From NCBI GenBank assembly GCA_964495075.1, contig CAZBUJ010000017.1:1762-65761 (forward strand): a DNA stretch of 64,000 bases. Reading direction: 5' to 3'. Positions 1 through 13,776 of the stretch are shown in pieces. The notes under the pieces were generated by a model. It was not told where the DNA came from, made no database searches, and saw nothing but the letters and a program-made list of their open reading frames with translations. This DNA comes from an uncultured Phycisphaeraceae bacterium (GTDB taxonomy: Bacteria > Planctomycetota > Phycisphaerae > UBA1845). Positions within the stretch are counted from its first letter, which is position 1, and every line of letters begins with the position of its first letter. Made by a program: the position numbers and the translations under genes.

Positions 1-43
1 GGCGACGTGGACCCCGCGGCAGGAGGCGGAGGCGCGGCCGTGA
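1..43 (+). CDS. 3' end of an upstream gene, probably the TRAP small permease (partial)
   Basis: Frame from nt 2 reads ATWTPRQEAEARP* and its TGA overlaps the GTG start of dctM (GTGA). Identity is inferred from position only. Confidence 0.4.
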   Translation, partial: ATWTPRQEAEARP

Positions 44-1335
44 GTCCGCTGATCCAGGTACTGCTGATCTGTTTTGTGATCATGCTGGTGCTCGGCGTAC
101 CGATCTCCGTGGCGCTGGTGCTGGCCGCGGCGGCCGCCATCATCGGCTTCAGCCAGTTCAGTCTGGACCTGATCCCGCTGAAGCTCTTCAGTGCGACCAG
201 CAGCTTTCCCCTGCTGGCCGTGCCGTTCTTCGTGCTGGCCGGCAGCCTGATGAGCAAAGGCGGCATGTCGGATCGACTGATCGGGCTGGCCCGGTCCATC
301 GTCGGGCGTGTACACGGCGGTGTGGCGATGGTCAGCGTGGTTTCGTGCATGCTGTTCGCCGCGGTATCCGGCTCAACCGCCGCCACAACGGCGGCGATCG
401 GCATCGTGCTCATCCCCGCGATGATCCGGAGCGGCTTTTCCCGCGGGGCCGCCACGGGCCTCCAGGCCACGGCCGGGTCGATCGGAATCATCATTCCACC
501 GAGCGTACCGTTCGTGCTCCTGGGCGTGATCGGAGGCATCTCGATCGGTGAACTGTTTCTCGGCGGCGTCATGCCCGGGATTGCCATTGGACTGGCGCTG
601 ATGGGAGCAGCCTATGTCATCGCTCGCGTGCAGAGACATTCGCTCGCCACGTCGGACACAAGCCTGGCCAACGTCGGTCGAGCGTTCGTCCGCGCCATCC
701 TGCCGCTGCTCACCATCGTCTGGGTGCTCGGCGGAATCGTGTGCGGGCTGGTTACGCCGACCGAAGCAGCCATCGTGGCCGTAATCTGGACGCTGATCGT
801 CGGTGGGGCCGTCTATCGCGAACTAACGCCGAGCGATATTGGAACCGCCCTGATCGACACGACCAAAGTCACGGGGATCGTGGTGCTGTGCATCGGCGCC
901 ACCGCGCCGTTCGCGTGGCTGCTGACGGTGGAGCAGGTTCCACAGCAGGTTGCCGGCGGCATGCTCGGTGTGAGCACGAATCCACTGGTCTTGAAACTGA
1001 TGATGTTGGTCATTCTTCTGGTTATTGGCACCTTCCTCGACTTGACGCCGGCCATGATCCTGCTCGTGCCGATCCTGATGCCGATCGCGAAAGAGACCGT
1101 GGGCATGGATCCGGTGCAGTTCGGAGTCGTGCTCGTGCTGGCCTTGGGCATCGGGCAGAGCACGCCACCGGTCGGTATCGCGCTGTTTGTCGCGTGCAGC
1201 GTCGGCCGGGCCCGGATCGGGGAAGTGACCCGGTCGTTGGCGCCGTTCCTGCTGGCGATGATCGTCATCCTGCTCATAACGACCTACTGGTCGCCACTGA
1301 CGACCGTCCTGCCGACCGCCCTGTTGCGGCGGTAG
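40..1335 (+). CDS. dctM: TRAP transporter large permease
   Basis: Highly hydrophobic. Motifs LLAVPFFVLAG, AVSGS, GIIIPPS, TPTEAA, TPPVG. Likely GTG start at 40. Confidence 0.93.
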   Translation: MSPLIQVLLICFVIMLVLGVPISVALVLAAAAAIIGFSQFSLDLIPLKLFSATSSFPLLAVPFFVLAGSLMSKGGMSDRLIGLARSIVGRVHGGVAMVSVVSCMLFAAVSGSTAATTAAIGIVLIPAMIRSGFSRGAATGLQATAGSIGIIIPPSVPFVLLGVIGGISIGELFLGGVMPGIAIGLALMGAAYVIARVQRHSLATSDTSLANVGRAFVRAILPLLTIVWVLGGIVCGLVTPTEAAIVAVIWTLIVGGAVYRELTPSDIGTALIDTTKVTGIVVLCIGATAPFAWLLTVEQVPQQVAGGMLGVSTNPLVLKLMMLVILLVIGTFLDLTPAMILLVPILMPIAKETVGMDPVQFGVVLVLALGIGQSTPPVGIALFVACSVGRARIGEVTRSLAPFLLAMIVILLITTYWSPLTTVLPTALLRR

Positions 1336-1363
1336 CGGGGCCACAGGGAAGGGAGGCATTATC

Positions 1364-2134
1364 ATGGGGGTCCTCGATCGATTCCGCCTGGACGGCAAAG
1401 TCGCGCTGGTGACCGGCTGCCGCCGGGGCATCGGCTTTGCCATCGCCGAGGGACTCGCGGAAGCCGGCGCTGACGTCGTCGGTGTGAGCTTCAACCTGGA
1501 GCCGCAAGGCAGCCGCATCGAGCGGGCGGTTACGGCCCTTGGCCGGCGCTTTGCGGGCTACGCCTGTGACTTCGCGAGCCGCGCCGATTTATACCGCTTC
1601 CTCGGGCAGGTGCTGGCCGAGCATCCGCGGATCGACATCCTGGTCAACAACGCCGGCACGATTCGACGGCGGCCGGCGGCTGAACACCCGGACGAGGACT
1701 GGGACGCGGTGCTGGAAGTGAATCTCAATGCCCAGTTCGTGATCAGCCGGGAGATCGGCCGGTCGATGCTCGCCCGCGGTAGTGGCAAGATCCTCTTCGC
1801 CGCCTCGCTGCTGACGTTTCAGGGCGGGATCACCGTGCCCGGCTACGCGGCCAGCAAAGGCGGCATCGGACAGTTGACCATGGCGTTGGCCAACGAGTGG
1901 GCCGGTCGCGGCGTCAACGTGAACGCGATCGCACCTGGCTATGTCGCGACGGACAACACCCAGGCCCTCCGGGACGATCCGGTGCGCAATAAACAGATTC
2001 TGGCCCGCATTCCCGCCGGGCGGTGGGGACAGCCCGACGATTTCAAGGGCCCGGCCGTCTTCCTGGCGAGCGAGGCCGCCGCGTATTGCCACGGCATGAT
2101 CCTGCTCGTGGACGGTGGCTGGATGGGGCGGTAA
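1364..2134 (+). CDS. kduD: 2-dehydro-3-deoxy-D-gluconate 5-dehydrogenase (SDR)
   Basis: TGCRRGIG, NNAG, FQGGITVPGYAASKGG, ANEWA and VDGGWMGR are typical of KduD. GGAGG RBS upstream. Confidence 0.88.
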   Translation: MGVLDRFRLDGKVALVTGCRRGIGFAIAEGLAEAGADVVGVSFNLEPQGSRIERAVTALGRRFAGYACDFASRADLYRFLGQVLAEHPRIDILVNNAGTIRRRPAAEHPDEDWDAVLEVNLNAQFVISREIGRSMLARGSGKILFAASLLTFQGGITVPGYAASKGGIGQLTMALANEWAGRGVNVNAIAPGYVATDNTQALRDDPVRNKQILARIPAGRWGQPDDFKGPAVFLASEAAAYCHGMILLVDGGWMGR

Positions 2135-2183
2135 GGCACCCGGTCTCGCACAACGGACTGCCCGGTGGGGGGAGGTGGACGCC

Positions 2184-2300
2184 GTGAACTCGGCTATCAT
2201 TGACCAGCGCGAAGAACTCCGTCTGGTTCCGCTCGTCGCGACCGGCGACGCCAGGCGCGCGGAGCCGGTGGCCGAGGCACGCGCCCCGGGGCGGCCTTCC
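2184..2300 (+). pseudogene. Truncated 5' remnant of a KDPG aldolase (eda-like)
   Basis: GGAGG RBS + GTG, then NSAIIDQREELRLVPLVATGDARRAEPVAEARAPG, which resembles an Eda N-terminus (compare RLVPVVTPARADDGHVLADALLAGG at 56623-57264). Similarity is then lost. Confidence 0.6.
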
Positions 2301-2392
2301 GGGCGCCGCAGTCGAACGGGGCACGGCGGATGGCCACGCACGCGTGGTGCGTTGATAACGGCGGAACACGACCAGCCGATTGGGAGACCGTC

Positions 2393-5293
2393 ATGAATTC
2401 GCAGTGTCGTGGCGACAGGAGCGTTCTGCGGCTGTGCGCGGTTTTCCTCCTTGCGGCCGTCGCATCGGGCACGGCGAGGGACCCTCTCGTACGCTCCTAT
2501 CGGGCGCCGCTTCCGCCGGTCGGTTCCGCCGTGGAATACGAGGATCTTGACGGTGACGGTGACCCGGACGTGTTGCGCGCCGTCACCGCCGAGGGCGTCC
2601 CGCTTCAATGGATCGACGACGATGATGACATGTCCACCACGAACCTCGCCGGCGACGCCGACAGTGACTGCCTCATGATCGACCGCAATCGTGACGGCGC
2701 GTACGGCGGCCCGGAGGACCTGATGATCGACTGGAACGACGAGGACGCCGATGGGCGGGCGGACATGCAGGTGGTGGCGGAGAACGCGAAGCGGAGCGAC
2801 ACCGGCTGGGGCCCCGGCCACTACATGATCGTGGTCGATGTGGATGGAGACGGCGTCTTCAACTACATTGACTGGAGCGACTACACACTCGAGTGTTGGG
2901 AACACTCCGGCCTCGCCCACTTCTTCGAGGATTACCTGGGCACGAGCCTGTTCCTCAAGATGCACACGGCCACCGCCAACATCCGTGACCTGCGGTACAA
3001 CTGGGAAAACCCGTTTCTCTTCTACGATGAGGACGGCGACGGCGTGAGCGAAAAGGCCATTCGGCTGTGCGACTCGCCGAAGATTCACGAGCCCCCCACC
3101 GATGACTTCGCGCTGCCGGCCGATGGTCGGGAGGTGACGGACGAGATGCGGCGGGTCGAGTTCACACAGAAAATCGACTGGGTCTCCATCGCCCAGGACC
3201 TGGACAACGACTCGACCGCCGGGAACGAGTTCGACTTCGACATGACGCTGAACTTCCAGGGCCCGGGATTCGGCTATGCCGACCAGGTGCATACGTTCAA
3301 GAGCATGCGAGGACTGAAGGAGTCCGATCGCTTCTTTTACGATCCACGCTGGCGCCAGATCACCGAACTGTTCTACCCGGATCACGGCGCGGCGTGGGAC
3401 CTGATCTTCCGGCGAGGCGAGTGGAAACGGTGCTGGCTGGTGTTCGACGAGGACGACGACTGTCACCGCTGGGAGCGGATCGAGCTCTACGAACCGCGCG
3501 ATCCGTTCAAGGTCGGTGCCCACCAGGGGGGACTCGACCATCATCCGCAAAGCGATTGCAGCGGAGACAGGGGCGAGTGGGACGATGACAACTCCGGAAA
3601 GGGGCGGCTCTACATCGGGCGCTTCGACGGTCGCATTCACCTCTACGGGGCCGAGAAGGCCGCCTGGCGCATCGACCAGGACGCCCACTTCTATCAGGGC
3701 TGGTCGCGCAGCAAAGATCAGCCCGCTCGATTCCCCGTCATCGTGTACACGGACGCGGACGGCAACGGTTTTTTGGACCGCATCGAGTACGACCTGGACG
3801 GGGATCAGAGCTTCGAGCGCATCGTCTCATTGCCCGCTCTCGGCCTGGACGACCGCTGCCGGGTGGTCGATCCGCAGTCGATGAAGTACGCGGACTTCAA
3901 GGAGCTGCACAGGAAATCGGCGGAGCTGCTCTGGCGCCGGGCGGAGGCGGCGATCGCCGTCGCCACGGCTAACGGCCTGGACGTCGCCCCCTATGCTGCG
4001 ATGCGTCGCCCCGGATCGCTGCGCGAGCGGTATCACTACGGCTACTGGCTCAACCACTACGTCTACGCCGACCTGGCCGAGCTCGCCGAGCGACGCGGCG
4101 ACGCGGCGTTCATGAGCCAACTTGATCGGGCATACTTCGACGGAGACTGGTCTCTGTTGCGAAAGCGCATCGTGGAACCGGCGGCGGTCGCCGTCCCGTC
4201 CGTGCAGGTCGACGTAGCCAACCCGCTGGACATGATGCGCAGAAACGAAACGGTGGAACTACGCTGGTCGACCGTCGAGCAGGCGCTGGGCGGCGGGTCG
4301 CCGGAGCATGTGCGGGTGATCGATGGCGTAACCGGTCGAGAGATTCTCTCACAGGTCATCGACAACGACGGCGACGCTTCGGCCGACGCGCTGTTGTTTC
4401 AAGCTGATTTCGCCGCCGGACAGACCCGTGCGTTCACCGTGCAGGCCATGCCGCGGGTGAGCCGACTGAACGACCCTTCGCCCGTCCACGCGAAGTTCGT
4501 TCCTACGCGGATGGACGACATGGCCTGGGAGAGTGATCGCATCGCGTACCGCGTCTACGGACCGGCGTTGCGGAAGGAGACCATCAGTAACGGCATCGAT
4601 GTCTGGGTCAAACGGGTGCGCTACCCCATCGTCGAGAAATGGTACCAACCCGGGGCGAACTACCATGTCGACCATGGAGAAGGCGCGGATCTCTTCAAGG
4701 TCGGGACGACGTTGGGCTGCGGCAGCACGGCGATCTGGCGGAACGGCACGATGTACCGCGGCGAGAACTTCGCCGCCTGGCGCATCCTGGCCGATGGCCC
4801 CGTCCGCACGATGTTCGAGCTGCGCTACGATCCGGTCGATGCCGGGGGTCTCACGGTGCGCGAGACGAAACGTTTCAGCCTGGACGCCGGGCACAACCTC
4901 ACGCGGCTGGACACGGTGTTCGACTGTCATCCCCCGACCGAGGCCATCGACTTCGCGGCCGGACTGGTCAAACGGCCCGGCGTGCTGACCGCCAAGGGAA
5001 GGAACGCCCCCTGGATCGCCCTCTGGGGGCCGCTGGAGCCGGCGGGAAACGGGAAACTGGGGACCGGTGTCGTGATGACGCCCGACGTGTTCAAGGAAGC
5101 GATCGAAGTCGACAATCATCTCGTCGCCATCGGCACCGCCCGAACCGGGCGGCCGGTCGTGCATTGGGCTGGTGCCGGTTGGACACGCAGCGGCGATTTC
5201 GGGAGCGCGGACGAGTGGAATCAGTATCTGGAGCAGTGGTCGCGGCGGGTGGCCGCCCCGCTGGTCGTGACGGTGCGAGACGCAGGGGATTGA
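2393..5293 (+). CDS. Secreted protein: Asp-rich DxDGDG-containing N-terminal domain fused to a C-terminal DUF4861-like domain
   Basis: Signal peptide and many DxDGDG/DxDxD motifs. C-terminal RMDDMAWESDRIAYRVYGP, NGIDVWVKR, YHVDHGEG, KVGTTLGCG recalled as DUF4861. Confidence 0.7.
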   Translation: MNSQCRGDRSVLRLCAVFLLAAVASGTARDPLVRSYRAPLPPVGSAVEYEDLDGDGDPDVLRAVTAEGVPLQWIDDDDDMSTTNLAGDADSDCLMIDRNRDGAYGGPEDLMIDWNDEDADGRADMQVVAENAKRSDTGWGPGHYMIVVDVDGDGVFNYIDWSDYTLECWEHSGLAHFFEDYLGTSLFLKMHTATANIRDLRYNWENPFLFYDEDGDGVSEKAIRLCDSPKIHEPPTDDFALPADGREVTDEMRRVEFTQKIDWVSIAQDLDNDSTAGNEFDFDMTLNFQGPGFGYADQVHTFKSMRGLKESDRFFYDPRWRQITELFYPDHGAAWDLIFRRGEWKRCWLVFDEDDDCHRWERIELYEPRDPFKVGAHQGGLDHHPQSDCSGDRGEWDDDNSGKGRLYIGRFDGRIHLYGAEKAAWRIDQDAHFYQGWSRSKDQPARFPVIVYTDADGNGFLDRIEYDLDGDQSFERIVSLPALGLDDRCRVVDPQSMKYADFKELHRKSAELLWRRAEAAIAVATANGLDVAPYAAMRRPGSLRERYHYGYWLNHYVYADLAELAERRGDAAFMSQLDRAYFDGDWSLLRKRIVEPAAVAVPSVQVDVANPLDMMRRNETVELRWSTVEQALGGGSPEHVRVIDGVTGREILSQVIDNDGDASADALLFQADFAAGQTRAFTVQAMPRVSRLNDPSPVHAKFVPTRMDDMAWESDRIAYRVYGPALRKETISNGIDVWVKRVRYPIVEKWYQPGANYHVDHGEGADLFKVGTTLGCGSTAIWRNGTMYRGENFAAWRILADGPVRTMFELRYDPVDAGGLTVRETKRFSLDAGHNLTRLDTVFDCHPPTEAIDFAAGLVKRPGVLTAKGRNAPWIALWGPLEPAGNGKLGTGVVMTPDVFKEAIEVDNHLVAIGTARTGRPVVHWAGAGWTRSGDFGSADEWNQYLEQWSRRVAAPLVVTVRDAGD

Positions 5294-5327
5294 ACCAAGA
5301 AGGCCTGCGGTATTGAGAGGAAACACG

Positions 5328-11203
<5,876 letters not shown>

Positions 11204-11210
11204 GTGGCGT

Positions 11211-11336
11211 GCGCTGTATGGTATTGTCGGCTGGATCGGTTGGGTGAAAGAGAACACGACGTCGTCGAAAGGAACGGTGATGTTCGGCGGTGTGGTGGTT
11301 GTGCTGACAATCGCCCTATATGTTGTTTTCTCGTGA
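11211..11336 (+). pseudogene. Probable C-terminal remnant of a sodium:solute symporter (alternatively an 18-aa membrane peptide from ATG 11280)
   Basis: Reads ALYGIVGWIGWVKENTTSSKGTVMFGGVVVVLTIALYVVFS*, resembling the last helix of SSS transporters. Confidence 0.45.
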
Positions 11337-11482
11337 GATTCTCATAGCCGGACATTGCGTTGGCCGGCTCAACGGACCGCAGACAATCAAACCGTGGCGC
11401 CCCGTGCCGCCGGTGTTGCCGAGGCCATCGCGGCCGGCGCACCGCCGCGGCAAGGGCAGAGCCCAAGAAGGAGAACCTGGCC

Positions 11483-12577
11483 ATGGGAGACAAAGCGACC
11501 GAACGAGAGTATCCGCCTTTCCTGATTGCGACGCTTGCCGTGCTGGCCGCCCTCTGCGTCACCAACTTCTTCGTCAGTCTGTACGGCTCAAACCTGTTCA
11601 AAGACGAGGACGGGGACAGAACGGAAGCGGTGATCCTGCCGCGCGTCGCCCCGCGCGTCGCCTTCGTCACCGGCGGGGTCGACCCGTTCTGGGACATTAC
11701 CGTGGCCGGCGCCCGCGACGCTGCCGTGCGGTACGGGGCCGAACTCCAAGTACACATCCCCGAGGAGGGCGCCCCCAGCCAGGACAAGATCCTCCGGGAT
11801 CTACTGACCAAGCAGGTGAACGGCGTGGCCATCAGCCCCTTGAACGCGGACGGGCAGACCGGCTTGCTGAACCAGGTAGCGGCGGCCGTCAATCTGGTCA
11901 CGTTCGATTCGGACGCGCCGAGGTCAAAACGTCTTTGCTACGTGGGAACGAACAACTACACGGCCGGCTGGCTCTGCGGTGAAGTCGTGCACCGCGTGCT
12001 TCCTGCCGGCGGTCGCGTGCTCATCTCCATCGGGAGCCTGGACAAGGACAACGGGCGGAAACGCCGACAGGGTCTGATCGACGAACTGCTCGGCCGCGTT
12101 TACGAGCCAGCCCGCGAGCCGGACCCGCCGGACGTCGAGCTGAGCGGTTCGGCCATCACGATCGTCGCCACCGTCCTTGATGAGAACAACGCGGATCAGG
12201 CGAAGGCCAACATGATCAGGGCGATCGGCAAGCACCCTGACGTCGACTGCCTCGTGGGGCTGTTTGGTTACAGCGGACCGAGCATCCTGGCCGCGCTGAC
12301 CGAAACGGGCAAGCTCGGGCAAATCAAGGTCGTGGCGTTCGACGATCATGAAGCAACCTTGAACGGTATTCGCGATGGCTACATCGACGCCACGATCGTC
12401 CAGGACGCGTACCAGTTTGGCTACGCCTCGGTGAAGGCGCTCGCGACGCTTACGCGCGACGAAGGGGAACTGCCGTTGTCCAGAGAGATACTGTTCCCCT
12501 GTTTCGCTGTGCAGCGGGACAATCTCGAACGTTTCGCGGCGGAGCGTCATGCGCAGGTTAGCGGCAGGGCAGGCTAG
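11483..12577 (+). CDS. Periplasmic sugar-binding protein (RbsB / Peripla_BP_4 type)
   Basis: DPFW, GVAISP, VTFDSDAP, YVGTNNYTAG, VVAFD, ATIVQDAYQFGY. N-terminal hydrophobic anchor; AAGGAG RBS. Confidence 0.85.
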   Translation: MGDKATEREYPPFLIATLAVLAALCVTNFFVSLYGSNLFKDEDGDRTEAVILPRVAPRVAFVTGGVDPFWDITVAGARDAAVRYGAELQVHIPEEGAPSQDKILRDLLTKQVNGVAISPLNADGQTGLLNQVAAAVNLVTFDSDAPRSKRLCYVGTNNYTAGWLCGEVVHRVLPAGGRVLISIGSLDKDNGRKRRQGLIDELLGRVYEPAREPDPPDVELSGSAITIVATVLDENNADQAKANMIRAIGKHPDVDCLVGLFGYSGPSILAALTETGKLGQIKVVAFDDHEATLNGIRDGYIDATIVQDAYQFGYASVKALATLTRDEGELPLSREILFPCFAVQRDNLERFAAERHAQVSGRAG

Positions 12578-13057
12578 GGACGCACCCGGGCGGTCGAGCT
12601 TCGAGTCCACGGCTCACAATCGCCCGTCGTCGCCGGAGGGGCATGAGACGGACCTCGGGGACACCGTGCGACGGCATCACCGTACGGACGGTGATAAGGT
12701 GTTCAAGCCGACTTCCGTCCTGCAGCCGAAGCGAGGACCGATCAGGTCCCGCCAAACGACTTCTCGTTCTCGTGCCTGGACGGGGCCGGACTCGACGACT
12801 CACGCGCGTTTTCCGCGTTTTTCGAAACTCGTTTCTGTCCTCCCGGCGTGGTGTGCTCGCGGCCTCGCTGGGGCACACGGGCCTTGGCGCGCACGTACAG
12901 CAGAACTGCACGGCCTTCTGACCCTCGTCGCGTCACCATCATCGCAACGCAGCCGCCAAAACCGACGACTTCGCTTGCGACGCGTTTGCCCAGTTAACGA
13001 ATCGCGTGTGACTGACAGAAGAACGACACCGCCATCACACCTAAGGGTAAACCCTTG

Positions 13058-13086
13058 TTGACATGATCCGTCATGTCTCATAAAAT
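13058..13086 (+). promoter_or_regulatory. Sigma70-type promoter with overlapping inverted repeats
   Basis: TTGACA-N17-TAAAAT. Palindromes GACATGA-tccg-TCATGTC (13060-13077) and AAGGGT-aa-ACCCTT (13043-13056). Confidence 0.65.
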
Positions 13087-13776
13087 GTCGCTCCATCTAA
13101 TAACGCAGGTGTGTAATCGACTAAGGTGGGGTGCTGACGTCTGGCGCGCGGGGTGCGAGCGTCGCGACAAAGACATCATGAACCGCCGACAGCCACGTCG
13201 CCCATCCCGGCATCCGGCAGTCGCATCCCGAGCCGAATGTGGCAGCCGTACAGGCGGATGTGCGGCCCCAGGTGGAATGCGCGCGCCGTGTCCGGACTCG
13301 CATACCACGACTCACAGGAAGGAGAGTACAACCGGCCCGTTTCGTGACTGATACGACGGGACTGGCGGCTGGAAACAAAGTGAGCCGGCCAGCCTGCTCC
13401 TTGGGGGATTACGGCTGGCGGGCTCGGTTATGCAGTGGGCACGCGTTTCGCGCCCACCGCGTTCACCCTATCCTAGGCGCGTTCCCGTCTCCGATCAAAA
13501 CGGTTCCGTCGAACCACGGTGCCTTCGTGCGAGGCTCGCGGCTCGAACGGCTGTCGGTGCCCTCGATGGAGCACTCCGGAAAGCGGCGCGGTGGGCTCGT
13601 CGCCCGAGAAGCGCGCCCACGGACACGGCCCGGTCGAGGAGAGGACCCGCGGTGATCATGGTGCTCGCCGCGGAGCCACGAATCGGGACGCCTCCGGCGC
13701 CGGCCATGATTCGCTACCGCGAATCCGGAACCCGCGACCGGGGCGAGTTGCGCAATCTGAAGAGGAGGCAATTCCA

